Shown here piece after piece: positions 1 through 10,292 of a stretch of DNA of 64,000 bases (positions are counted from its first letter, which is position 1; the number at the start of each line of letters is the position of its first letter). The notes below the pieces were generated by a model that did not search any database, was not told the DNA's origin, and saw only the letters and a program-made list of their open reading frames with translations. This DNA is from Nitrospirota bacterium (GTDB lineage Bacteria; Nitrospirota; Nitrospiria; Nitrospirales; NS-4), in the NCBI GenBank assembly GCA_963788195.1, contig CAWBGA010000013.1, positions 160,001-224,000 of the forward strand. The letters run 5' to 3'. The position numbers and the translations under genes are program-made.

Positions 1-353
1 TTTCCCGCCATGCGCGCGTGGCTCACGCCATGCGTGAGGGGATGAAGGCGGCAGGCCTGGCTCTTTTTCCGAAACACAATCCGAGTGATGCGCTCACGGT
101 CGTGTCCACCCCGGACGGAATAGATGGGCAGGCGGTGTACAAGAATCTTCGCGAGCACTACGGAATCACCGCTGCAGGCGGACAGGATCATTTGAAAGGC
201 AAGATTTTTCGGATCTCCCATATGGGCTATATCGATACGTTCGATGTCATTCAAGCGATCGCCGCCACGGAGATGGTCTTGAAAGGGCTAGGCTATCCGA
301 TCAAGTTGGGATCCGGAGTCGGGAAAGCTGAGGAGTTGCTGCTGCAAAAATGA
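1..353 (+). CDS. Class V PLP aminotransferase (serine-pyruvate/alanine-glyoxylate type), C-terminal part; 5' end outside window
   Basis: C-terminal GGQDHLKGKIFRISHMG motif typical of the family; overlaps serA start. Confidence 0.8.
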   Translation, partial: SRHARVAHAMREGMKAAGLALFPKHNPSDALTVVSTPDGIDGQAVYKNLREHYGITAAGGQDHLKGKIFRISHMGYIDTFDVIQAIAATEMVLKGLGYPIKLGSGVGKAEELLLQK

Positions 354-1930
354 AGATTCTGATCAGCGATAATCTCTCGAAGCAAGGCGTCGAGATCCTC
401 CAGAAGGCGGGCCTCACCGTCGAAGTCAAGACCAAGATGACCAAGGAGGAGTTGCTGCGCGAGATCAAGCGTTACGAGGGGTTGATTGTGCGTAGCGGGA
501 CCAAGGTGACGGCCGAGGTGCTTGGAGTGGCGGACAAACTACGCATCATCGGGCGCGCCGGTTCCGGCCTGGACAACGTCGATATCGTGACGGCGACGAA
601 GCGCGGTATCGTGGTCATGAACACGCCGGGCGGGAATACGGTCACGACGGCGGAGCATACACTGGCCATGATTTTCGCGCTCGTCCGTAAAATTCCTCAA
701 GCGACGGCTTCCATGAAAGGCGGAAAGTGGGAGAAAGAGCGGTTCATGGGCACGGAGCTGTACAACAAGAATCTCGGCATCGTGGGCATGGGACAAATCG
801 GCAGTCACTTGGCAAAGCTCGCCCAAGGGGTACTGATGAACGTGATCGCCTTTGACCCCTATCTCGCTGAGGATCAGGCACGTAAGATGGGCGTCGAGAT
901 GATGACTCTTCCAGACCTGTTTCGCCGCGCGGACATCATCACCGTCCACACGCCTCTCACACCAGAGACCAAGAACATCATCAACACCGAGACCATTGCC
1001 ACCATGAAGGACGGTGTAAAAATCATTAATTGCGCCCGGGGCGGCATCATTAATGAGAAAGATCTGGTCGAGGCGCTCAAGACCGGGAAGGTGGCGGGGG
1101 CGGCGTTCGATGTGTTTGAAGAAGAACCCATTAAAACCGATCATCCGTTGCTGAGCCTCGAGAATTTCATCTGCAGCCCGCATATCGGCGCCTCCACCAC
1201 GGAAGCGCAGGAGAATGTCGCGATCGGGATCGCGGAGCAAATCGTGGATTATCTGACGAAGGGAATCGCGCGCGGGGCCGTCAATGTGCCGTCGGTGCCT
1301 GCAGACCTTCTCCCGCGCCTTCAACCGTATATTACTCTGGCCGAGAAGCTGGGCTCCTTGCAGTCGCAGCTGTATGAAGGCGGTATCGAAGGCGTGACGA
1401 TTGAGTACAAGGGCGAGGTAGCGGGCGTCAATGTCGCTCCCTTGACAATCGCCGCTCTCAAAGGATTGCTCACGCCCATTCTCGAAGAGACCGTCAACTA
1501 CGTCAACGCTCCGGTCATCGCCCGGGAGCGCGGCATTGAGGTCAAAGAGGTGAAGAGCAGTGACGCGGGGGACTTTACGAGCCTGATCAGCCTGCAGGTG
1601 GAAGCCGGCAAGAAGACCAGCCGCATTGCCGGGGCCCTGTACAGCCGGCGGGACCCGCGCATCGTGCAACTCGACAGTTTCCGGGTCGAAATCGTACCGG
1701 ACGGCCACATGCTGTTTATCCTGAACAATGATCGCCCGGGGGTCATCGGGGACGTCGGCCAGGTCCTGGGCAAGCACGGGATAAACATTGCCCGGATGCA
1801 ATGCTCCCGTGAAGAGAAGGGCGGCGAGGCGTTGTTGATTCTCGGCGTTGACGCTCCCTTGAACGCCGACACGCTTCGAGCCATCACCACCGTCAAGAAC
1901 ATCCTCTCGGTCAAGGTCGTTCATCTGTAA
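350..1930 (+). CDS. serA: D-3-phosphoglycerate dehydrogenase
   Basis: 526 aa; [31 protein letters not shown] motifs; C-terminal ACT domain (NDRPGVIG). Confidence 0.95.
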   Translation: MKILISDNLSKQGVEILQKAGLTVEVKTKMTKEELLREIKRYEGLIVRSGTKVTAEVLGVADKLRIIGRAGSGLDNVDIVTATKRGIVVMNTPGGNTVTTAEHTLAMIFALVRKIPQATASMKGGKWEKERFMGTELYNKNLGIVGMGQIGSHLAKLAQGVLMNVIAFDPYLAEDQARKMGVEMMTLPDLFRRADIITVHTPLTPETKNIINTETIATMKDGVKIINCARGGIINEKDLVEALKTGKVAGAAFDVFEEEPIKTDHPLLSLENFICSPHIGASTTEAQENVAIGIAEQIVDYLTKGIARGAVNVPSVPADLLPRLQPYITLAEKLGSLQSQLYEGGIEGVTIEYKGEVAGVNVAPLTIAALKGLLTPILEETVNYVNAPVIARERGIEVKEVKSSDAGDFTSLISLQVEAGKKTSRIAGALYSRRDPRIVQLDSFRVEIVPDGHMLFILNNDRPGVIGDVGQVLGKHGINIARMQCSREEKGGEALLILGVDAPLNADTLRAITTVKNILSVKVVHL

Positions 1931-1951
1931 GAGCTTATCCGCATCGGCTTT

Positions 1952-2989
1952 GTGATGAATACTCCGCCGCGTTCACAGATTCCCAAGGGCGTTCCTACGT
2001 TTCTTCCAGCCGCAGCTGATGAGAAGCGGGGGCTCGAGGCTGCTCTGTTCGAGGTATTTGCACAGCGCGGTTACCGGGAAGTGATCCCTCCGACCTTTGA
2101 ATACCTCGAAGTGTTGGCGCCCGGTCTCGACGCGGAGCTCATCGAGAAGAGCTACAAGGTGGTCGACCGTGCGACCGGCCGCATCCTGGTCTTACGCCCG
2201 GACGCCACGGCCCAGATCGCGCGCATGGTCGGTATGGGCATGCTTGATCCCGGATTGCCCCTGCGTCTGTATTACAGCGTGAATATCTTTCGCTACGAGC
2301 CCGAGCATGCCGGCAGAGATCGAGAGATCTTTCAGATCGGGGTGGAACTGATCGGTGCGCGCGGCCCGGCGGCTGACGCCGAGCCGGTAATTCTGGCCGG
2401 TGAATGTCTGCGGCGCCTGGGTGTCCCGCGGTTCACGATCGCAGTAGGGCATGGAGGATTTTTTCAAGGTCTCTTACGCCGCACCGGGGTGTCTGATGCT
2501 CTAGGGCGGGAGCTTCGCGAGGCGGCCGGACGCAAGGATATAGGGAAGATGGCTGGGTTGCTCTCTGCGGCCGGAGTCCGCGGGTCTCACGCCAAGGCGC
2601 TTCTCGCCGTCCCGTCACTACTCGGCGGCCCGGAAGTCCTCGAGTCCGCGGGCCGTCTCGCCGCCCACTCGGAAGACTGCCGGCGGTCGCTCAAGCAGCT
2701 GAAAGGAGTCTGGCAGCAAGTGGCTGCGGCGGGATTGAGCGAGTACTTGCTGTTCGACATGGGTGAGATAAGAAAAATGGAGTATTACACCGGCCTGGTC
2801 TTCGACATTTATGCGGAGGGGGTCGGGGGAGAGATCGGCGGGGGAGGGCGTTACGATCACCTGATCGGTCGATTCGGACGTGAACTCCCCGCGACCGGCT
2901 TTGCTTTTGATCTTGATCGCCTCCTGCAATTAAATGCGTTGTGGCCGGTTGCTCGTCCGTTGGGATCGGTCGCAAGGTCCCACCGGTAA
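1952..2989 (+). CDS. hisZ: ATP phosphoribosyltransferase regulatory subunit
   Basis: HisRS-like motifs (LRPDAT, REIFQIGVE, YYTG, GGGRYD) without an anticodon-binding domain. Confidence 0.9.
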   Translation: MMNTPPRSQIPKGVPTFLPAAADEKRGLEAALFEVFAQRGYREVIPPTFEYLEVLAPGLDAELIEKSYKVVDRATGRILVLRPDATAQIARMVGMGMLDPGLPLRLYYSVNIFRYEPEHAGRDREIFQIGVELIGARGPAADAEPVILAGECLRRLGVPRFTIAVGHGGFFQGLLRRTGVSDALGRELREAAGRKDIGKMAGLLSAAGVRGSHAKALLAVPSLLGGPEVLESAGRLAAHSEDCRRSLKQLKGVWQQVAAAGLSEYLLFDMGEIRKMEYYTGLVFDIYAEGVGGEIGGGGRYDHLIGRFGRELPATGFAFDLDRLLQLNALWPVARPLGSVARSHR

Positions 2990-4392
2990 TGCCGCTCCGA
3001 TCCGCCGACCATGCACCGGGGCGTCAACCCGACCAGACGCTCAAGCTGCCGCCACAAAATGTCGAAGCTGAGCAGGCCGTCCTGGGCGCCATCCTGCTCG
3101 ACAACCAGGCTATCTATAAAACCCTTGAGATCCTCGACCCGGACGAATTCTATCGGCCTGTCCATAAGCGCATCTTCATGGCGATGGTTGCTCTCTCAGA
3201 AGAGAATCAGGTCATCGATCTGCTGACACTGACCGATCACCTACGTCGAGCGGAAGCTCTCGAGGCCGTCGGCGGCACTGCCTACCTGACGGATCTGGCG
3301 CAATCCGTCGCCACGGCGGCCGGTGTCGGCTACCACGCGCGGATGGTGCATGAAACGGCCATCAGCCGTTCTCTGATCGTGGCCGCGACGGAGATCGTAT
3401 CGCGGGGATACGACGGAACGCGCCGTGTGGACGAGCTGTTGGACTTTGCCGAGCGGAGCATCTTCGGCATCGCGGAGCGGCGCCTCAAACGATTGTTTAC
3501 CTCGATGCAGGACGTCATTGCCAGCACCGTGGCGCACATTGATCAATTGTACAACCGGAAGGAGAAGATCACCGGCATTCCCACGGGCTTTAGCGATCTG
3601 GATGAACGAACAGCCGGGTTGCAACCGTCTGACCTGATTATTATTGCCGGCCGCCCCAGCATGGGCAAGACGAGTTTGGCCCTCGGCATGGCGCTCAACG
3701 CAGCGTTGAATCGGGCGCATCCCTACACCGTCGCCATCTTTAGCCTGGAGATGTCCAAGGAGCAGTTGTGCATGCGCTTACTGAGCGCTGCCGGCTCTCT
3801 GAACATGCACCGCATCAGGACCGGGCATCTCAATGAAGATGAATGGAAGACCCTGGCGCGGACCGCCAGTCTGCTGCATGACAGCCGTATCTATATTGAC
3901 GATACCCCTGCGATCACGGTCTTGGAGATGGGCGCAAAGATCCGGCGCCTCCGTGCCGAACATGGCCTGGATCTTGTCGTTGTCGATTACTTGCAGCTAA
4001 TGTCAGGAGGCGGCAACGCGGAAAACCGGCAACAGGAGATTTCCGATATCTCTCGATCCTTGAAGTCCGTGGCGAAGGAGCTCAACATTCCGGTGGTGGC
4101 ATTATCCCAACTCAGCCGTGCGGTTGAGAATCGGCCATCCAAACGACCCCTGCTCTCTGACCTCCGCGAATCCGGCGCGATTGAGCAGGATGCGGATCTC
4201 GTGATGATGATCTATCGCAGCGAGATGTACGCCGCCGACGTGGAAGAGGAAGATGATGACAACCGGGATGAGGAACATGTGGCCGAGATCTTGATTGCCA
4301 AACACCGAAACGGTCCCACCGGCACAGCAAAGTTGACATTCCTGCCGGAATACGCAAGGTTCGGCAATTACCAAAACCCCGCCATGATTTGA
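2989..4392 (+). CDS. dnaB: Replicative DNA helicase
   Basis: PPQNVEAEQAVLG, AGRPSMGKT, VDYLQL, LSDLRESGAIEQDAD, IAKHRNGPTG; ATG 2989 overlaps hisZ stop. Confidence 0.96.
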   Translation: MPLRSADHAPGRQPDQTLKLPPQNVEAEQAVLGAILLDNQAIYKTLEILDPDEFYRPVHKRIFMAMVALSEENQVIDLLTLTDHLRRAEALEAVGGTAYLTDLAQSVATAAGVGYHARMVHETAISRSLIVAATEIVSRGYDGTRRVDELLDFAERSIFGIAERRLKRLFTSMQDVIASTVAHIDQLYNRKEKITGIPTGFSDLDERTAGLQPSDLIIIAGRPSMGKTSLALGMALNAALNRAHPYTVAIFSLEMSKEQLCMRLLSAAGSLNMHRIRTGHLNEDEWKTLARTASLLHDSRIYIDDTPAITVLEMGAKIRRLRAEHGLDLVVVDYLQLMSGGGNAENRQQEISDISRSLKSVAKELNIPVVALSQLSRAVENRPSKRPLLSDLRESGAIEQDADLVMMIYRSEMYAADVEEEDDDNRDEEHVAEILIAKHRNGPTGTAKLTFLPEYARFGNYQNPAMI

Positions 4393-4457
4393 CAGTGCCC
4401 CCGACGGCACCTATAATTCCACTGATAGAGTCTAGGTCATTATACGGGGATAGCTTC

Positions 4458-6239
4458 ATGTTGTTGCAACGAGCAGGTGCGAAGCGGATCGTGGTGGCGC
4501 TGGTGGGGCTCGTTGGGGCTTTCAGCACTGCGGGCTTTGCCGCCACACCCGCCGTCGAAAGCTCTCCCGGCGCCTCATCCCAGGCCGAGTCGGCCGGGCA
4601 TCCACTAGCTTATTATCATTTTCTGTTGGGCTCCCAGTATTACCTTGCGAATAACGTCGATGCGGCGTTGGCGGAATTCAAGCAGGCGCTGTCATATGAC
4701 CCGGGCTCCATCACTATCCAGCTGCGGCTTGCGGCCATCTGGCAGGCGCGTAGCGAGTATGCCAAGGCTCAGGCGCAGGCTGAAAAGGTTCTGGTGCGCG
4801 ACCCAGCCAACGTGCAGGCCTTACATCTGCTCGCCACGGTCGCCGCTGCGACCGGCCGACCCGACCAGACGATCGACTATTATCATCGCATTATCGCGTT
4901 GCAGCCTGCCGATGGGGAGGCGTATTTTTCACTAGGTTTGGTTTTCGCGGGACTCAAGCGCTACGAGGAAGCCGAAGCGGTCGTACGCCGCGGTATTACG
5001 GCGACCGCCGGCTTTCCCATCGGGTACTTGTATCTCGGGAGAATCTTGATGCAGCAGCAGGCCTGGGCCCGGGCCGCTGATGCGTACCGTGAGGCCGTGG
5101 CCGTGCACCCCACGTTTGAACCGGCGTATCTTGGCCTCGCGACGGCGCTCGAGGCCCAAGGGCAGACCGCGCAAGCGATGGAGGTGTATCGCAAGATTCT
5201 GGATGAAGTCAGTCAGAGCAGCAGGGAAGCTCGCCAGCGCCTCGTCCGGTTGCTGCTCATCGACAAAGCCTATGAGCCTGCCTTGGCTCTCCTGCGGCGT
5301 GCCGTCGCAGAATCCCCTAATGATATAGAAGCCCACCTGCGCTTGGGGCTTATCTTCAGCGAGCTCAAAGATTACAAGCAGGCCGTCGAGCAGATAGAGA
5401 TTGTCGCGACCACGCGCCCCAAAGAGCTGAAGGTACGGGATCATCTGGCGTATCTATATGAGGAGCTCAAGGAGAACGACAAAGCCATTGCCGAATACCA
5501 GGGCATCATCCGCGACGATGAGACCTTCGCAGATGCGCACCTGCATCTGGGATACCTGTTGTTTCGCCTGAAGCGGTGGGAGGAAGCCCTGCCGCATTTT
5601 CATCGCGTTGTTGCCTTGAATCCCAAGACGGCGGAGGCTCATTTGATGTTGGGCCTTACCCTGCTGCAAACGAATCGGTATGACGATTCGATCGCCGCCT
5701 TTCGTGAGGGACTCCGCGGGGATCCGCAGAATGCCGACCTGCACTTCAACCTCGGGACGGTCTATGACAAGATGGGCCGGTTCGATGAGGTCGTAAATGA
5801 AATGGAAGCCGCGATCAGATTGAATCCCGCGCACGCCGATGCCCTAAATTACCTCGGCTATACGTATGCGGAGCGGGAAGTCAAACTGAACGAGGCTGTG
5901 ACCTTGATACAGCAGGCGCTCGCGATCAAGCCTGAGAATGGGTACTATCTCGATAGCCTCGCGTGGACCTATTTCAAGCTCGGGCGGTACCAGGAGGCGT
6001 TGTTCGAGATGAAGCGGGCCGTGGCCGCCGTGCCCGATGATGCGGTCTTTTTCGAACATCTCGGTGAGATCTGCCTGCTCAATAATCTGCTGCCTGAGGC
6101 CCGGGATGCGTGGCTGCGGTCATTAGAGCTGGACCCGACGAACAAGAAGCTTGAGGAGCGGTACAAGGGTGAAGGGTTCGGCGACCCCTCCGGCGATGAG
6201 CGCATCCGTAAAGCTCAGCATCGCCTCTCCAAGAACTAG
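4458..6239 (+). CDS. Exported TPR-repeat protein
   Basis: Signal-peptide-like N-terminus, many TPRs, ALNYLGY..YLDSLAW C-terminal signature. Confidence 0.85.
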   Translation: MLLQRAGAKRIVVALVGLVGAFSTAGFAATPAVESSPGASSQAESAGHPLAYYHFLLGSQYYLANNVDAALAEFKQALSYDPGSITIQLRLAAIWQARSEYAKAQAQAEKVLVRDPANVQALHLLATVAAATGRPDQTIDYYHRIIALQPADGEAYFSLGLVFAGLKRYEEAEAVVRRGITATAGFPIGYLYLGRILMQQQAWARAADAYREAVAVHPTFEPAYLGLATALEAQGQTAQAMEVYRKILDEVSQSSREARQRLVRLLLIDKAYEPALALLRRAVAESPNDIEAHLRLGLIFSELKDYKQAVEQIEIVATTRPKELKVRDHLAYLYEELKENDKAIAEYQGIIRDDETFADAHLHLGYLLFRLKRWEEALPHFHRVVALNPKTAEAHLMLGLTLLQTNRYDDSIAAFREGLRGDPQNADLHFNLGTVYDKMGRFDEVVNEMEAAIRLNPAHADALNYLGYTYAEREVKLNEAVTLIQQALAIKPENGYYLDSLAWTYFKLGRYQEALFEMKRAVAAVPDDAVFFEHLGEICLLNNLLPEARDAWLRSLELDPTNKKLEERYKGEGFGDPSGDERIRKAQHRLSKN

Positions 6240-6318
6240 TACTCGTGGATCTTTGGCTCTAATTCGTACGCGCCGCAACCCTGTCCCGTCCCAAGCAACT
6301 CCGAAAGATGACTACTTT

Positions 6319-6442
6319 TTGACATGAAAATGACGTAAATTGTAAAAAACTTAGCTAGAAACTTACCCTAATTACAACTAATTACCTAAGTCATTGTTTT
6401 TACGATGAAGACGGGTTTTCGCTTCCTGGCAGAGCGATTGCA
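6319..6442 (+). promoter_or_regulatory. Sigma54 promoter of the pilin gene with AT-rich upstream activator/IHF region
   Basis: TGGCAGAGCGATTGCA at 6427-6442 (GG and GC 10 nt apart); upstream TGACA/TGACG motifs and an IHF-like TAAGTCATTGTTTT. Confidence 0.75.
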
Positions 6443-6516
6443 ATACAACCTCTGCAGCGGCCGGGGTGAATTGTCGCTCCGGTAAACAAGTTATCGACAC
6501 CAACAAGGAGGCGAGC

Positions 6517-7105
6517 ATGTCTAGTCGTATCACAGGTCAAAAGGGTTTTACGTTGATTGAGTTGATGATCGTCGTGGCGATCATCGGGATCCTGGCAGCG
6601 ATTGCCATCCCGAACTTCCTGCAGTACCAGTTGAAAGCGAAGACGTCTGAGGCCAAGACGAACGTCCAGGCCATCAAGACCGGCATGATTGCGATATCGG
6701 CCGAGCGGAGCTGTGCTCCTACAATAGCGTCGGCCCCGGCTGCGATGCCGGTTGCTGGTTCAGTCACGGCCTGGCCGGCTGGCTGCCTTGGCCACCGTAG
6801 CGCTTCTCTGTGCGCCACCTCCTGCCGTGGCGGTCTATGCTGGTCAGTATGGTGACATTGGGTTTACGCCTGCTGGCTCTGTCCGGTACCAATACAACGT
6901 CGCCTCCTTCGTGGCGACCTCACCTTCTGTGGTTGGCGCCAATGGCTGTACCAATCCTACGGCCATCCCGGCGGGTGTTGCCGGAGCGGCGGGTAACATT
7001 GGTTGGTTGGTGACGGCCATCGGAGATCTCGATGGTGCGGTCGTTGCTGGCTACCAAGTCGGAGACACTGGTGGATTCCAAGACTGCAATCCTGGTCAGT
7101 TCTAA
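6517..7105 (+). CDS. pilA: Type IV major pilin (frameshift near 6775, probably a sequencing indel)
   Basis: [37 protein letters not shown] prepilin motif; second frame continues to IGFTPAG..YQY..GDLDG. Confidence 0.9.
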
Positions 7106-7119
7106 GTAACACTGAGTGT

Positions 7120-7160
7120 CCCCCGCCAGGACTGTTAGAGTCCTGGCGGGGGCCTCATTT
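7120..7160 (+). terminator. Hairpin after pilA
   Basis: CCCCCGCCAGGACT-gttag-AGTCCTGGCGGGGG (14-bp perfect stem) followed by a short T tract. Confidence 0.7.
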
Positions 7161-7172
7161 TCTGCCCGACGT

Positions 7173-8110
7173 ATGAATCCTGCGCTAGATCTCGAAATCC
7201 CAACCAAATACAAACTCTTCCTCTGGTCTGAAGCTCGGTGTTCTTGGATGTCTTGGAGTGCTGGCCGTTGCGGCCCTTCTGCTGATTCAAGCCCAGCTCG
7301 ACGCGCGACAAGATACGGCGGCTTTGCACATCGAAGAGCTCCGCGTTCTTCCCCGTGGCGAATACCTGAAACCGGTTTTGCTGGGGTACCATCACTTCGC
7401 TGCCGATCTGCTCTGGCTTCGGACCCTGCAAACCATTGGTCAACGTTCGGTGACATCGTTGGAATACGAATGGCTGTACCATGCGCTCGATGTGATCACG
7501 ACGCTGGATCCGCGATACGATTATGCGTATCAGGCCGGCGGAATCATCCTGACGGAGTTTGCGGAGCGCGCGGATTTGAGTAACCGCCTCTACATCAAGG
7601 GCATGGAAGCCAATCCTACGGTATGGCAACTTCCTTTCTACCTCGGCTACAACCACTTCTTTTACCTCCATGATGATGTCAAGGCCGCGGAGTACATGCT
7701 TCGTGCCTCGCGTTTGCCGGGGCGGCCGCCATTCCTCCCGTTTCTCGCCGCGCGGCTGGCGGCCGCGGGCGGGAATCCGGAGGTCGCCTTGGCCTTTCTA
7801 GGCGAGATGTGGCGCCAAACTGAGGACGTGCAGATCAAAGAACAGATCGAGTTTAGAATGAAAGAAGTGATTCATTGAGCGCGATCTCCGAATGCTGGAA
7901 CAGTCCGTGCAACGGTATACGGAATTCGCCGGAAAACCTCCCGTCAATCTCCAGCAACTTCTTACGGCAGGGCTTCTAACTGCTGTTCCCCCAGAGCCTT
8001 TTGGGGGCGAATACCGGTATGATGCCAAAACCGGCGGGATCAGCAGCAGCACCCATGCGGAGCGGCTGCGGATCAAAAAACGAGGACAGCTCGCAACCAA
8101 GCGTTACTGA
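7173..8110 (+). CDS. Pilin-associated membrane/TPR-like accessory protein, split by frameshifts
   Basis: ORFs 7258-7878 and 7892-8110 join (EVI-ERDLRMLEQ); ends with a pseudopilin-like PPEPFGGEY motif; lies between pilA and the ABC genes; start uncertain. Confidence 0.55.
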
Positions 8111-8119
8111 CGGCCAGAG

Positions 8120-9094
8120 ATGAACATGACGTCTGTTCCCATCGCCTTGCAAACCGAAGCGCTCTCTAAGAAATTCGCAGTAGGATTTTGGGGGCGTCCG
8201 GTCACTGCTGTTGAACACTTGGATCTGGAAGTCCACACGGGGGAGATCTTCGGCTTTCTGGGCCCGAACGGGGCAGGTAAGACCACCACCCTGAAAATGC
8301 TCATGGGGCTGATTTATCCCACCAGCGGAAAGGCATGGATGCTTGGCCGGAAGGTCGGTGATGTGGCCATGAAACATCAGGTGGGTTTTCTGCCGGAATC
8401 ACCTTATTTTTATGACTATCTCACCGCAGAGGAATTTCTCCGGTTCTACGGACAGCTCTTCGGCTTAGGGGGACAGCTCCTCTCCGAGCGCATTACCTTG
8501 CTGTTGAACACCGTCGGTATGTCTGACGCGCGATCTTTACAGTTGCGTAAGTTTTCCAAGGGCATGCTGCAGCGCATCGGCATCGCGCAGGCGCTGATCA
8601 ACGATCCGCAGCTGGTGATACTCGACGAGCCCATGTCCGGCTTGGATCCGGTCGGGAGAAAGGAAATCAGGGATCTGATTCTTCATCTCAAAGAGCAGGG
8701 CAAGACCGTGTTCTTCAGCTCCCATATCCTGCATGATGCCGAGGTGCTGTGTGACCGGGTCGGGATTCTACTCAAAGGCCGGTTGGTGGCCCTGGGCAAG
8801 GTCACTGAGTTGATTGGCGCAGACTCGACGCAATCCATCGAAGTGGTGGTGGAAGGTCTGGACCATACCGGAGCTGAGCAGGTGAGAAAGATCGCCGTGT
8901 CGTTGATTGCGCAGGGCGAACGTCTGCTGGCGGTGCTTCAAAGCCAGGATCAGGTCAACCAGGTGCTGGAGTTGATCCGTGTCAGAAAAGCCTCCCTGAT
9001 TTCGGTGACACCACAAAAGTCGTCTCTTGAGGAACTCTTCATGAAGGAAGTCGCCGGGGGAACGACAGGCAGGAACCATGAGGTGTCACTATGA
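8120..9094 (+). CDS. ABC transporter ATP-binding protein (pilus-associated, PilH-like)
   Basis: GPNGAGKTT, FSKGMLQR, ILDEP, SSH. Confidence 0.9.
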   Translation: MNMTSVPIALQTEALSKKFAVGFWGRPVTAVEHLDLEVHTGEIFGFLGPNGAGKTTTLKMLMGLIYPTSGKAWMLGRKVGDVAMKHQVGFLPESPYFYDYLTAEEFLRFYGQLFGLGGQLLSERITLLLNTVGMSDARSLQLRKFSKGMLQRIGIAQALINDPQLVILDEPMSGLDPVGRKEIRDLILHLKEQGKTVFFSSHILHDAEVLCDRVGILLKGRLVALGKVTELIGADSTQSIEVVVEGLDHTGAEQVRKIAVSLIAQGERLLAVLQSQDQVNQVLELIRVRKASLISVTPQKSSLEELFMKEVAGGTTGRNHEVSL

Positions 9095-9856
9095 AGCGCG
9101 TCCTCGTCATCGGTCTGAATACCTTCCGGGAGAACCTTCGGGAGAAGCTTCTCTACAATCTCGTGATCTTTGCCTTGATCATTATCGGCAGCTCGATCCT
9201 GCTGCAACGGCTTGAGCCTGGGAGACACCAACCGGTTGTTTTTGGATCTCGGGCTGGCTTCGATCAATATCTTCGGCGTGCTCATCGCGATTTTCATCGG
9301 CATCGGCCTCGTCAGCAAGGAGATCGACAAAAAGACCATCTACACGATCATCTCCAAGCCTGTCCCACGTTATGAATTCCTCTTGGGAAAGTACTTCGGG
9401 CTGTCGATCACTCTGTTCGTCAACACGCTGATCATGCTCGCCGGGTTCCTGATGGTCCTTGTTTATATGCAGGTCCCCATAGAGCTTCTCCTGTTCAAGG
9501 CAGTGTTCCTCATTTTTCTAGAGCTGATGGTCGTCACCGCCGTCGCCCTGCTCTTCTCCACCTTCACGACCCCGACTCTGAGCGCCATTTTTACGCTCGC
9601 GATCTACGTCATCGGGCACTTAACCGGAGATCTGAAAGCGCTGGGCGCCAAGCTCGAGGGAGGGGGCCGGATGTTCTTGACCGGTCTTTATTATCTCATG
9701 CCGAATCTAGAGAACTTTAATATCAAAGGGCGCGTGATCCATCACCTCGACATCGGCGGAACGGAATTCGCCCTGATCCTGGCTTACGGGGTCCTCTACA
9801 CGATGCTCCTGCTCTTGATCGCCGCCGTGATCTTCCAGCGGCGCGATTTCCGCTGA
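9091..9856 (+). CDS. ABC-2 permease (PilI-like), frameshift near 9215
   Basis: Multi-TM; KEIDKKTIYTIISKPVPRYEFLLGKY; C-terminal FQRRDF. Confidence 0.85.
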
Positions 9857-9898
9857 ACCACAAGAAGCCTGCCTCACTCAAGCCACTAAGCAAGTTTT

Positions 9899-10188
9899 GT
9901 CATTCGGGGAATAAGTTTCGTCATTCTGAGCCCCTTCGCTGTCATCCTGAACGCAGTGAAGGATCTCAATTCGAGGCTCAGGACAGGCTCCGCGAAGAAT
10001 CTAGGCCCTTCACGGAGTTTACCCTGAGCGGGGAGCTTAGATGCTTCGCGGAGTTTATCCTGAGGCGCAAGAGAGATGCTTCACTCCGTTCAGCATGACA
10101 GCCGAAGGATTCAGCATGACAGACGAAGGATTTAGGCTGACGAGCGAAGGGATCAGCATGACAGGCGAAGGGATCAGCGTGACAGCCC
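9899..10188. repeat. Composite nested palindromic repeat cluster (family C), locus 1
   Basis: GTCATYCTGA..GAAGRATCT / AGATGCTTC..TCAGCATGAC arms; 21-bp tandem units at 10089-10188; 10039-10100 matches 46801-46862 at 55/62 nt. Confidence 0.85.
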
Positions 10189-10292
10189 GTAGGTGTACTT
10201 CGCGGCGACCAAGAGCCAGAAAACTTTTCGAAGCTGATTAGGAGCTTGTGATATGCTGCGTCTCTATTCGCGGCGCAAAGGGTGTGTGACAC

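Noticed and set aside
539..1924. Long antisense ORFs (also 25000-26067, 58933-59847 and others)
   Set aside because: Shadows of GC-rich genes with no recognisable motifs
2989..4392. Intein in dnaB
   Set aside because: Normal length; only a short acidic loop (EEEDDDNRDEE)
10089..10188. Possible CRISPR array (also 46700-46860)
   Set aside because: Units are contiguous and degenerate, with no unique spacers and no cas genes
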